64,000 nucleotides of DNA from Adineta vaga (taxonomy: Eukaryota; Animalia; Rotifera). The notes below the pieces were generated by a model, which was not told the DNA's origin, searched no databases, and saw nothing but the letters and a program-made list of their open reading frames with translations. A program made the position numbers and the translations under genes. Of this stretch, positions 1-12,359 are shown piece by piece. Position 1 is the stretch's first letter; each line of letters begins with the position of its first letter. The DNA lies in assembly GCA_021613535.1 (NCBI GenBank), contig CP075493.1:806001-870000 (forward strand), written 5' to 3'.

Positions 1-219
1 GAGATTTGTTTTAGATCATTATATAATGTAAATAAATCAAATACAAATAGAAATACAGATAAACATACATTTGTTATTAATATCATTGGTACTGTATGAC
101 AAGTTTTATCTTTAATTATAATAAATAAATAAAATAATGATAATATCATTGTTAAAAGAAGTGATTGAAATATACCAAGATTCAACAATAAATTCTGAAG
201 AATTCGATATAGTTGACAT
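1..219 (-). pseudogene. 5' part of a rhodopsin-like GPCR (KDKTCHT subfamily), frameshifted and cut off by the window edge
   Basis: ATG at 219 gives MSTISNSSEFIVESWYI, nearly identical to the start of the 8906 copy. A shifted frame continues LSLFYLFIIIKDKTCHTVPMILITNVCLS, while the ATG frame soon hits TAA. Confidence 0.75.
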
Positions 220-757
220 ATTAATAATTAAAAAGATATATATTACTCGTCACTATATTATTATTTTGTTCTTTGAGATTAAAAGAAACTAAATGAATGT
301 TTCTAATTTAGTTTTACAAGATTTGTTTTTCATCTTGAAATAAGATTAAAAAACTGCTCTTATATATAGTCTAGAGATATTCATAGAAATAATTTCCTGT
401 TTAGTTAAATTATTTCTACGTTAAAGAAATTTCTTATCCAAATGCGACACATTATGTGTTAAAGAAGAAGAAGAAAAAACAAATGTTTTATCATAATAAA
501 TGAAATAGGATTTTTTATAGAATTGTTAAGTCTAAAAATATCTTCTATCAATCGTTTTAATAAATCATTAAACGTTGTCTTTGAAAGTAAATATTTACAT
601 TTCATATTTTTTCTCATACATCATTTTCTTTCGTTCTGTTTGGTTTGTTTTCGACGGAAGAATTTTATTATTATTTGATCGAGCAAGACAAAATTTGTTT
701 CTATCGAGTTGATTTCATTTTGTAGATTTATTTTCATCAAAACTAAATTTTTCTATA

Positions 758-3356
758 ATGATAGACAACGATTCAATTTCACAATCATCTAGTGAATATG
801 TTAAATAATGAATATTCACACTTATTTTTATTTTAAATTTAGCGATGTATCAATGTGACAATTGTCAATCATCAAATGCAACATTATGGTGTGAATTTTG
901 TTCTAATAATTATTGTGAAACATGTTCGTTGGATATTCATCGACATAAAGCCTTTTCTGATCATCGTTTAATGTCAATTGATGAAAAACCATGTCAATCA
1001 TTTTTATGTGTACAATGTTCAAAGAAAGAACTTAATTTTTTCTGTTACGATTGTGTTCTTATTATCTGTGGAGATTGTTTATTATCAACACACAATAATC
1101 ATCATTTTATTATTGTTGATGCAAAAAGCAAAAATATTGTATTAAAGGTTAGTCTTAAACAAATTCTATCTTGACCCGTCATATTAGTTTTAATTAATCG
1201 CGTTATTAACAATTGTGTTATCTTAATAAATAATGTTCATTAATTAACGAGATTTTTTGTCATATTTGAGCTTCTTTTGTGTAGAATCTATAGAACTGTG
1301 TCAGTACGTTCATCCATTACAGTTAAAGACCCAATCGTCATGATTTATAGAGGTTCAAATTCTTCCCGTTAGATATTTTGACATTTTCTTTCAGATGATT
1401 TTTGACAAAACCTATTAATCTTTTCCTCGTCGGTCTGATAAAAAGTTTTTTAATTATCATTCTTCAAAAGGATAGATAATACCTCAATAGGGCAGTTAAT
1501 TCTGTTAATTTCGAGATATTTGTAAGTCAGTCGTACCAGTTCGATGGTTCCACTGGCTATATGAACATACAGAAAGTATATAAATATAATTTTATTCAGA
1601 CGATCTCTAATGGTAAAAGAAGTAAATTAATTTTAAATGAAAATTTTAATCAACAATTAAAACAAATCGATACAATTGAAAATATAAATCGAAAGAAGAT
1701 TGAAGAAATATTTTTAAATTTACGTAAAATATTAGATGAATATGAACATCAATTACAAGAAAAGATTTCAATAATTGAAAGAAAAAATAAAAATCTTATT
1801 GAAAATTATCAACGTCAAATTATTTCTTCAAAAGAATTGAATTCAAATAAAATCTTTGCAATGTATTTCTCAAGAAAAAAACAAGAATTTCATGAAAATT
1901 TCCATCAAACAATGAATGAAATACATTATTTACAACCAGCAATTCGAATTCTTTATAAAATCGAAGGTTTGGATTATTTCGAAACAATTGAACGTACAAT
2001 AAAACAAATTCGTATTGTTGAAGAAGAATTCCAATTAAATAAAATTTCAAAAGATCGAAATTTGAAATTAGAACGATCTATTTCTGATAAAACAAATTCT
2101 GAAAAACTTTTATTACGAAATCAACAACTCAATAATCAAGATATGATTGTTATTGCTAATCTATTAAGAGAATCAATAGTAAGAAAAAAACGATATTATC
2201 AATATTCAAATAAATAAATCAATCTATTCAAATAGACATTGACTAATCTTAATTTATCAACAAATCAAATTGAATCAAATGGAATTCATTCATTATCAAC
2301 TGCTTTAATGTTAAATACAGTAAATTCATATTTCTTTTCAATTATTATTATTATTATTATTAACATTATTTAGACATTGATTAGTTTAAATCTTTCAGAA
2401 AATTCTATAGGAAATCAAGGTGTACATTATTTAGCGGATATGTTATGTGAAAATATTGTATAATAATCAGTTATGATTTATTTTCTTTAAATAATATTAT
2501 TAATTTCTTCTAGACATTAACTAAATTATATCTTGATAATACTCAAATTGATACACGTGCAGCGCAATATTTAGCGAATGCATTGAAAATCAATCAAGTA
2601 ATAAGATTCATTTATTTTAAATCTTTTGTGTTTGTTTGTTTTTTTAGACACTTCTCATTTTAAGATTAGCTGATAATACAATTGGAGATGAAGGAGTTCA
2701 ATATTTATCAGATGCATTAAGAACAAATCAAGTCATTAATAAATATTGATTTTCTTTTATATAGTTTGTTTTAATTGAATAGACATTAACTGTATTGAAT
2801 ATTTCGGGTAATTGTATTTCTTCGAAAGGAATGAAATATTTAGCTCAAACATTATTAATCAATAAAGTAGGTTTGATTTTGATTTGAATATTTTCATATT
2901 TCGAAATTGATACATTTAGACTTTAACAAAACTTTCTCTTTCGAGAAATATGATTCAAGATGAAGGTATTATTCATCTTGCCAATGCGTTTAAACAAGAA
3001 ACAGTGAGGATAATGATCTTCTTTTCATTTTTATTGTTGCATTCATTTTAAGGTTCTCAATGCACTTTTCATTGCTGCAAATGGTATAACTGAACGTGGA
3101 GCACGATATCTCATGGATTCATTACAAAGCAATGTTGTAAGATTTTCAATTTAGTTTAATTTATTTATAGAAATTTCTTCTTCTCCAGACACTTTCAACA
3201 ATTGATTATGAATTCAATGAAATTGGAGATGAATTATATCGACATATGCATGAAACACTTTTGATCATTGATGCATGTAGAACAAATAAAGAAATGGAAT
3301 ATATTAGACTTCTTCGTAAAAGAAATCAAAATCAAAAAATAAAAACAACACAATGA
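758..3356 (+). CDS. Tandem B-box zinc finger + coiled-coil + ribonuclease-inhibitor-type (NLRC3-like) LRR protein, 11 exons, ~557 aa
   Basis: Hand-built exons: 758-791, 843-1147, 1600-2178, 2236-2319, 2374-2457, 2514-2597, 2648-2731, 2783-2866, 2920-3003, 3053-3136, 3189-3356. All introns are GT-AG and the frame stays open (1674 nt). B-box Cys/His patterns lie in exon 2. LRRs follow TLtxLxLxxNxIgdxGxxyLaxaLxxN. Confidence 0.9.
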
Positions 3357-3536
3357 AAGTTTTACAATATTTTTCAATGAATTTAATAAATAAAATCAGA
3401 ATTAAACAACAAATACGTTAATAATAAGTATTTCCTCATTCAAGTATCTAGTTAATCTTTACCTCAAAATAAGACGTTTTTTTAAATTTTGTTTCTTTAA
3501 ATACAGAGCTCGAACAAGTAATATCGATGGTTTTTT

Positions 3537-4457
3537 TTACATAATCGTAGGTAGAATTCGATTTGTCTTTCTTTTTCTCATTCTTTTCATCAATGCTGAT
3601 CTTATTGAATCTGTATATGCAAATAGCATCATCATAAAAATTGGTAAAGAAAAGATAATAAAACTAAAACCAATACGATGATAATATTTTGGTGGAGCAG
3701 TAAAAAATGAAATCAACAGTAAGATGATGTCCGGAAAACCAGCGAAGACTAAAATACAGAAAAGTACTACTGTACGTCGAACCATTTCTAAATCTCTTTG
3801 TGTACGTAATAATACATTTGCTGGTGTTATTCGTTGACTTATTTGTTTGACATAACGAATTATTTGGAAATAAGTTATCATTAGTAATGGTGATGGAAAC
3901 AAATAAATCAAAAATATTAGATAGATGATTGGAAATGACAATCTAAATGGAATTATACATGCTTCATTGTCAACATCCAACATAAAATCATTGCGAACAT
4001 AGCTTAATAAGGGAGATAGAAAGCCTAAAATCCATGTAAATGATATGAGAATTAATTGACATTTCCACGATTGATAAAATATACGAAATGGATGCACAAT
4101 ACACAAATATCGATGAAATGCTTGTAAAAATAGTGCGAAACTGATTACAGAACATTGAGCATATACAATATACATAAGAATAAAGCAGGATGAATGTGGA
4201 TAAGAGATGAACGCATAATCATATCCAATTCCGATGAATTCGTTTCCTAATGAAACAATTGCAAGTGTAGATATGGATAAACATAAGTTTGCCACATGCA
4301 TCATTGATACTGTATGACATGTCTTATCTTTGATAATAACAAGTAAATAAATACATGATAATGTTATTGTTATTATAAGTAGAAATATTAAAACAATATG
4401 TAAAGGAATACTCCACGATTGAACAGTGATTTCGAAAGAAATTGAATTATTTACCAT
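3537..4457 (-). CDS. Rhodopsin-like 7TM GPCR (KDKTCHT subfamily), intact copy 1
   Basis: 306-aa ORF with seven hydrophobic segments, an AFHRY motif in the DRY position, an ECL2 cysteine and a basic C-terminal tail. Confidence 0.85.
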   Translation of the reverse strand: MVNNSISFEITVQSWSIPLHIVLIFLLIITITLSCIYLLVIIKDKTCHTVSMMHVANLCLSISTLAIVSLGNEFIGIGYDYAFISYPHSSCFILMYIVYAQCSVISFALFLQAFHRYLCIVHPFRIFYQSWKCQLILISFTWILGFLSPLLSYVRNDFMLDVDNEACIIPFRLSFPIIYLIFLIYLFPSPLLMITYFQIIRYVKQISQRITPANVLLRTQRDLEMVRRTVVLFCILVFAGFPDIILLLISFFTAPPKYYHRIGFSFIIFSLPIFMMMLFAYTDSIRSALMKRMRKRKTNRILPTIM

Positions 4458-5870
4458 TTGGATATAGAATGAATCTGAAAATATATAGACTCACATAATG
4501 TTTATCGTTATAGCACAATTAAATTACTGTCATCAGCAGATTTTTATAAGATCTCGGCTTAGAAAATAATAGCAGAAGAAAAAATTAAGAGTGCACATTG
4601 TAAGAAAACAAATGTAAGGATATTGCTTTTATGGGAAAATCTTGAAACATCGAGCGAATAAAATGTATCTCTTTAGTTATTTTAATTTTATGAATGGAAA
4701 GAAGAATTTTCATATAGCTAGGAGACACGTCATATGCTCCTCCTTTAAAGCTAATGTCTAATGTATTGAATAAATAATAGATTTTTCCTTCTTCTGATAA
4801 CGGATAAATTCGTATTTTTAATGAAGTTTTTATTTCACCGTGATTAAGATTTACTAATTTTTTTTGTAGCTCGAGGGTGTGGATGTAGGTGTGAATGACG
4901 AATATACATATAAAAGAGATTAAAAAATTATCAGCTCAGCCGTTTTTTGACAAAAACGTGAAACTCCTACACCCTATTTGTGATGAGAGTCTGTTCGTGA
5001 TAGATTTTGTTTGAAATCGGCTTTTTAAGGAAGTTTTTTTCTGTAATGGGGAAAATTCAAGCGGAGGGAATCAGACCCAAAATCTTCTCGACTTAAAACT
5101 TATATTCACTCATTTTTATAAAAATCAGCCTTGTTGCTGGCTACTGAATTACTGACGCATTGGAGTATCTCCTTCAAGTGAGAGTATCATCCACTTTTCG
5201 GAGTTTTAAAGTATGAGTAATGGTTGCGCAAGATGCTGATAGTTCTACAATTAAGATTGGTAGAGACATCAAGTTCTCATTATTAAAAAGAAGTAATAAA
5301 TAACATTTGAATCAGACTTCTTCTAATTACTCAAATCTCTAAGGAATTTTGTTAAAATTCTAATACTCGTTGTGTATTACCAGGTTCAATTTGCATCGAT
5401 TGAATGCATTTGTCCTTGGGCTCGTAAAGATGAAACACAACTTTCATAAACATTTATTACACACTTACGTTATACAAATTTTGATTTGGTTTAGATCACT
5501 GTAAGTCATTGGCATATTATAAAGGAGATTTTGAACACGTGAATATGTCGTAGATGAGATTTATTTTTAAATTTCAAGAATTCGACTTGAATATAGTCCG
5601 ATAGATTTTTTATATTATGATGAAGCGTTCATAGACTTCGGAAAATATACAAACATTTTTAGATGAATGGAAGAAAACATAATTAAACTAAATTGTAATA
5701 AAATCTTGTAAGAGCATGCATTCACTTCCATCCACTTCCAACATACATCGACACCCATACTCTCAAGATGGTACTAGAGCAAAATACTTTTCGCGTATAA
5801 TTTGATTTTTGTATCGGTGGCCTTTGACCTCTGACCGTTGACCTTCGACCCTTGTCCGCTACCCTCATCG

Positions 5871-7049
5871 CAGATCTGCCATCTGTACCCCATTTGGGGG
5901 TACAGTATCTCATTTCGACCTCAGGTACTCCCACAAAAACTTGTACCCCATTTGGACCCTTTTCACTTTCAACTAGTTATGAATTCTCTTTTAACAGAAT
6001 TTAGAAAAATGACTTCTACGTTGACAGCAAAAGTACTTTTTCTGAGCAGATTCAGAACAGTGAATAAGTTTACGAACAGTTTATGAGTGAATTCTCGTTT
6101 AAGAAAATGATCTGAATTCTGAAAAGTTCATTAACTTTTCCATATGACACCTTTCTGTATAAAAGTCGATTGAGAATGACAAAATTTTGATTAATTCTGG
6201 ATCACTACAAAAACTACGCCATCTCTCGTGTGAAATTCTTCCACCATATCTCCAAATCTCGACTATTTTGAAGTGTATGGCGTATGACAAGTAGGGTCCG
6301 GTGGGACGAAGATTTTTTGTCCCGATCCTGGTCCTGTTGAAACCCGTTTTTGCGAATCTGTCAAATATATTTTTCAAAGTCATGTCAAGTGAGATATCAT
6401 TCGATGGCATTGCATGTTATTATGATTTTTCGACAGAAATCTGACTTTTAGGTATACATTCTAATGTTTCTGTCAATTATGTACTATATCAAACTGGTTT
6501 TTCAACTGCTGGGTTAGAATTTTTGTACCGAAGACGAAAAAAGCATATCACATATCACAAATGAAACGAGAGGAAAGATGGAATACGAGGTCAAATAAGG
6601 ACGAATAAATATACTGAAGAAAAGAAAGAGATCATATGACTGAAAACAATATATCTAACGATGAAATCATATTACGATACACGCTAATATCATTCAGATA
6701 GAAGTTATTTTTTCCTCTACATTGGATTTCCTTCCAATATTATTTTTTACTGAAGATTATAACAAAGATTAAAAAAAAGTCATATTTCAATGTGAAATAA
6801 TTAAGACAGTCCCGAAAAACGTTTTAATTCTGAACTAGTAATTTGCGAAAGGAGAACTGTGTAGATCATTTTTGTATAACGAAAAGGAAATATGAAGTTT
6901 TACATGAAGAGAGACGATTTTTGCAATAATACTTTACAGTATCGGCTTTGATTTTGAAAAAATCCATGTACCCCACCGATGTACCTCATTTGAAAACAAC
7001 TTGTACCTCACATGTGCCCCATTTCGCACCTCATGAGATGGCAGCCCTG
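5871..7049. mobile_element. Non-autonomous hAT-type DNA transposon (~1.18 kb)
   Basis: Imperfect TIRs CAGATCTGCCATCT / AGATGGCAGCCCTG. Perfect 8-bp TSD CCTCATCG at 5863-5870 and 7050-7057. Subterminal GTACC(C/T)CA motifs at both ends. No transposase ORF. Confidence 0.85.
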
Positions 7050-7987
7050 CCTCATCGACACCCTACTCTCGTTCAATCTTTAAGATCATTTTGAAGACAA
7101 TGTTTTCTTTGCTTATGACATTTGACCTGCCACAAACAAGCAAACCTTTTTAGTTTTATTCGTATCATCTTCTCTTCACTCGCGGGAAGATGAATACATA
7201 GTTTGAATTATTCAATTGATATTTTATTCATTTGATTAATAAACGAAAAAAATTTCAGTTCATAATTTAATCTTATGTATCGTACAATCAATATTTATAT
7301 ACTAACATATAAAAGTACACATGAAAATTCATCATTACATTTCGCCTAAGAAGATATTCATAAAAATTCTAAGGTTAAATTAATCTTTGAATATCCTGAA
7401 ACGAATGATATCGTTTGAGAAAGAAGAAATATTCGTTCAAGTTATATTCGCTGAAATTTAGACCGAAAATAATTTCTTTTGATGTAAGATTTATTGAAGA
7501 ATTAAGTTAGGAGAGTGTGAGAGCAGAAATTAGCGTTTTCTTTTTTTGGATTATTAACAATAAGACAAACAGATTTCTACATAAAAAACAACGGAAATTA
7601 ATATATGCGATTAAAACTCACGAAGTTAGCTTTTCACTCGTCCATTATTGAGAGAAGATTTTTATATGAGGTTTTTAAACCATGTTGTAATCTGACGTCT
7701 TTTCATTTCACTCTAACTAAGTAAAATAAGAGTGTGGGTAGATGTAGTTGTCAGTAATGATTTGAGAGTGCACATCAGTAGAAACGAAGAACACTTAATC
7801 ACATCCTTTTCTTTAAAAAAAAGAATTGATTTATTCATATTATAACTATTTCACTTGTTAATATATCATGTTTATATTCCTGTCTGTTTCAATCCCCAAT
7901 AATACATCATAAATTCTAATTAGGAATTAACAAATTTTATTTCATTTACTTACATACAAAATATCACAAAAGCAAAATTGATGTTCT

Positions 7988-8906
7988 TTATATAGTTGCA
8001 GGTAGAATTCGATTTGTTCGTCTGTGAATTCTTTTCATAATTGCTGATCTTATTGGATCTGTGTATGCAAATAGCATCATCATAAAAATTGGTAAAGAAA
8101 AGATAAGAAAACTAAAACCAATACGATGATAATATTTTGGTGGAGCAGTAAAAAATGAAGTTAAGATTAAAATTGTAGTTGGAAAACCAGAGAATACTAA
8201 AATACAGAGGAGTAGTACCGTGCGCCGAACCATTTCTAAATCTCTTTGTGCACGTAATAATACATTTGCTGGTGTTATTCGTTGACTTATTTGTTTGACA
8301 TAACGAATTATTAGAAAATAAGTTATCATTAGTAATGAAGATGGAAACAAATAAATTGACAATATTATATAAATAATTGAAAATGACAATTGATATGGAA
8401 TTATACATACTTGATTGTCAACATTCAACACAATATCATTACGAAGATAATATACTAACGGAAATAGAAAACCTAAAATCCATGTAAATGATATGAGAAT
8501 TAATTGACATTTCCACGATTGATAAAATATACGAAATGGATGCACAATACACAAGTACCGATGAAATGCTTGTAAAAATAGTGCAGAAACTGATTACAGA
8601 ACATTGAGCATATACAATATACATTAGAATAAAGCAGGATGAATGTGGATAAGAGATGAATTTATAATCATATCCAATTCCGATGAATTCGTTTCCTAAT
8701 GAAACAATTGCAAGTGTAGATATGGATAAACATAAGTTTGCCACATGCATCATTGATACTGTATGACATGTCTTATCTTTGATAATAACAAGTAAATAAA
8801 TACATGATAATGTTATTGTTATTGTAAATAGGAATATGGAGACAATATGTAAAGGAATACTCCATGATTGAACAATCAGCTCGGAAGAATTTGAGATAGT
8901 GGACAT
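7988..8906 (-). pseudogene. GPCR copy 2 (KDKTCHT subfamily) with a 1-bp frameshift
   Basis: ORFs 8439-8906 and 7988-8554 together match copy 1. There is an extra base near 8585 (gtgcAgaaac versus gtgcgaaac). This could be an assembly error. Confidence 0.8.
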
Positions 8907-9829
8907 TTGAAAATAGAATGAATCTGAAAATATAAAAACATATAATGCTTATCGTCAGTAGGATTAAGTTACTTTCATCACCAAATTTTTCATAAGATTA
9001 TATGGCTCAGAAAATAATAGAAGGAGAAAATGACAGTAAAAAGCATAAGAAAAAAATTGTTAGAAAATATTTTTTATGAGAAAATCTTAAAAGATTGGAC
9101 GAATGAAAAACTGTTTCTTTAATTATTTTAATTTCGTGAATAGAAAGAAGAATTTTATATACCTAGCAGTTATTTCATATGCTTCTCTTGTAAAGCCAAT
9201 AGTATAGTGAATAAATAAATAACAGATTTTCCTTCTTCTGCTGAAGAAAATATTCTTCCTCTATAGTAACTAACGGGTAAATCATTATTTGCTATGAAAT
9301 TTTTATTTCATAATTATTAAAATCTGATTTTTTTAGTTTCTCTAAGTTATGGATGTGTGTCTGAATGACGAATATACATAAAAAAGAGATTGAAAACTTT
9401 CCAGCGCAGCCGTTTTCTGACTGAAATATGAAACTCACAGACTCTATTTGTTGTGATAGTCTGTTCGTGATAGATTTTGCTTGAAATCCGCTTTTCAATG
9501 AAGTTTCGTCTGTAATGGGGACAAGTCAAGTGGAAGGAATTGGACCCAAAATTTACTCCACTTAAAACTTATACTCACTTATTTTTAGAAAAATCAACCT
9601 TATCACTGGATACTGAAGTGCTGACGCATTGAACCATTTTCTCCAAGTGAGAGTACCATCCACTTTTCGGCGTCTATTCTGTGTGCCTCACGTAAGCAAC
9701 TCTATAAAAATACTTTAAAAATCATATTGTCGGAGCTTTAAAGTATGGGTAACGGTTGCGCAAGATGCTGATAGTTTTAGAAACAAGTTTGGTAGAGGCG
9801 TCTACCTCTCATTATTAAAAAGAAATAAT

Positions 9830-10620
9830 AATAAATGCGGAAACTTCGGATTTTAACCGAGAGTTATGTGTACTGCAAAAAGTGTATGGCAGAGATGAAC
9901 CATTCTAGAATGTCTACGCATCAAAATTACCACCAGAAATTTTTCGATGAGCAAGATTTTTCATGTTGAGTTATGAAGGAATTTTTCTATTGGAATCTAT
10001 CGGAATAACGGTTATATGCAACCTCATGAATCTATAAAAGATCTATGATTGATACACATATCAGCATTTTCATAATAGATTATCAATATCAATAGGTTTG
10101 GAGATCAGGTTTTTCTCTGTTGAGAGTCGTTCCGACTAGCTACAAAACCAAGCATTTGGGAAACTCCCAAACTGCAGATCATATGAAACGTATTTAGGCA
10201 ACTCGGTGTTAAAATACAGTTTTTGCGCATTTTGAGACCTTTTTTAAGCATTTTTTCATTAGTAAACTACGATTTGACTCAAAACCAATATCAGATTCGG
10301 AATCAGCGTTAAAAACTGAGTCGATTCATACATGTTTTAAATAATTTTCAGAGAAAATGTTTTTTTTCAAAAAAACCCTGTGTCCCCCCTCAGGGATGGT
10401 CTGGACAAAAATGACTATTTTTTCTATAACTCAGCCATTTCTCGAGAGATCATTCTCATCTTCGAACTCGACCGAGATATTAATGAGACAATTATGTGCA
10501 CAAAGTTTCAGCTCAATCGAATGTAGTTTTGAAGAGTTATCGTGTAAACGGCCGGACGGGCGGCCGGCCGGACACACTGACCGATTCTAGTAGTGTACTC
10601 ACTTTTTGAGTACACAAAAA
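9830..10620 (-). mobile_element. Helentron-associated non-autonomous element (HINE/DINE-1-like), copy A
   Basis: SubTIRs TGTGTACTGCAAAAAGTG (~9866) and CACTTTTTGAGTACACA (~10600). Terminal hairpin GTGTACTCA-CTTTT-TGAGTACAC, a GGCC/GGAC micro-repeat and A/T-run ends. Both termini match the element at 29696-30750 in opposite orientation. Absent from the paralogous site near 5290. Confidence 0.75.
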
Positions 10621-10770
10621 GGGTATCCGTAAATGACACGAACACCTGCCCTTTGCAGTTGTTCTACTGTGAAGTTCCTATATCATTTGGTTTTTCTTGA
10701 GATCTAGCAGCTTTACAAAATTGAGTTTGTCCACGCATATCTGAATATGGTCGATGTTTGTATATAACTA

Positions 10771-12011
10771 TTAGGTTGGCAACAAAGTTTTCGCGTTTTT
10801 TTCAAAAATTTTATTTTTATTTTTTAACTTCAACAGTACAACTGAGTTTCAGTTATATTTGTACCATTAATATCTATGACTTGTCGCCAACGTTCTGGTA
10901 AAGATAGGATCCCTCCTTCGTAGAAGTTCTTTGATTTTTGAACAAAGAAGTCGGCGATATCCATTTTCAGGTTGTTCTCGTCATCGAATTTTTTCTCACG
11001 CAAATGATGAGAAAGAGAACGAAACAAATGGTAGTCGGTTGGAGCCAAGTCAGGAGAATAAGGTGGATGAGGAATGGTGATCCATTCGAGATCCAATAAT
11101 CTTTCACAGGTCGATTTAGCAATATGGGATCTGGCATTATCATGTAAATAATAAATTCGATCTTGGTTTCCCTTGAGTTTCTTGGCAACCCGGTCCAATT
11201 GTTGACAGTAGAGATCAACCGTGATTGTACGATCATTTGGAAGAACTTCCCAATGAATAACTCCATTGACACCCCACCAAACGCTCAGCATCACCTTTTT
11301 GGGGTGTAGATCAGCCTTAGGCGTTGCTACACCTGTTTGACCAGGACTTAGCCACTGGCGTATGTGCGTATGGTTGACATACAACACTCACTTCTCATCA
11401 CCAGTGATAAGATTGCAGAGCCATTGATAGTTGCGGTAAGATGTCATTAAATCCATACAAGCATCAACCCGGCATTGAAGCTGACGTGCTGATAATTCAT
11501 GGGGTATCCAAACTCCATATTTCAATGTCTTGCCTAATTCTTTCAAATGTTTTCCCACAGCAGTATGAGAGCACCCAAGCTGCTCTGTTAAACACCGTGA
11601 AGTCAATCGAGGATCTTGTTCGATAAGCTGATTTAAAAGAATCACATCCACTTCCATTGGTCTACCAGATCGAGGTAAATCGTCGAGTTCTAAGTTACCA
11701 TTCATGAACCGATTGAACCAATGTTGTGCCGTACGAATAGAGAGTACATCCTCGCCCATCGTGCTGCATACGTTGTTGGCTGCTTCCATTGCTTTATGAT
11801 CCAGGCGAAATTCATGAAGTAAAAGCACTCGAATCTCTCTACGAGAAAGATTCATTTTCAGTTCGAGATCAGTGTCTATATCGATGACTTTATTATTATT
11901 CGAGAGATGGTCGCACTCCCTATATATATCTCTAGTATGGAAACTTCTAGAACTTTCTTGAATGTTTTAGAAAATTTTCAAAAAAACGCAAGAACTTTGT
12001 TGCCAACCTAA
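10771..12011 (-). mobile_element. Full-length mariner transposon (1241 bp)
   Basis: TIRs TTAGGTTGGCAACAAAGTT... / ...AACTTTGTTGCCAACCTAA, with TA TSDs at 10769-10770 and 12012-12013. Confidence 0.95.
10830..11855 (-). pseudogene. Mariner DD34D transposase with one nonsense codon
   Basis: HTH region plus WIPHEL, ITGDEK*, HDNARSH and YSPDLAPTDY motifs. An in-frame TGA at 11388-11390 replaces the conserved W of GDEKW. Confidence 0.92.
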
Positions 12012-12359
12012 TACATAGAAAAAATCGAGTTTTTTGAAAGTGCGTGATTTCAAGAAAAAACAAATGATATAGGAACTTCATAAGAAAACAACTGCAAAGG
12101 ACAGGTGTTCGCGTCTTTTACAGATACTCTAATAAATAACGTTCGAACCAGGCGTCTCTAATTATTCAAATCTCTCAGAAATTTTGTTAAAATTCGAATG
12201 TTCATTGTGTATTACCAGGTTCAATTTGCATCAATTGAATGCATGTCCTTGTGGTGGTAAAGATGAAGGATAACTTTCATAAACATTTATTGCATATTTT
12301 ATACAAATATTGACATGATTGCGGATGTGGTATATTTATGGATCAATCTCACTCATACC

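Larger units (their letters stand above)
10621..12129. mobile_element. MITE with ~80-bp TIRs, split by a mariner insertion
   Basis: The left end GGGTATCCGTAAATGACACGAACACCTGCCCTTTGCAGTTG... is a near reverse complement of the right end ...CAACTGCAAAGGACAGGTGTTCGCGTCTTTTACAGATACTC. TA follows at 12130-12131. The empty site is visible in the paralogous copy (~5290). Confidence 0.8.

Noticed and set aside
1190-1505. Possible old MITE in intron 2 of the B-box/LRR gene
   Set aside because: The inverted similarity between the ends is too degenerate to define TIRs or a TSD by eye.
5722-6410. Short ORFs in and around the hAT element
   Set aside because: No transposase or other recognisable motifs; likely chance ORFs in GC-richer repeat DNA.
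11388-11390. TGA in the transposase as Trp or selenocysteine recoding
   Set aside because: A single TGG-to-TGA change explains it, and TGA is a normal stop in other genes in the window.
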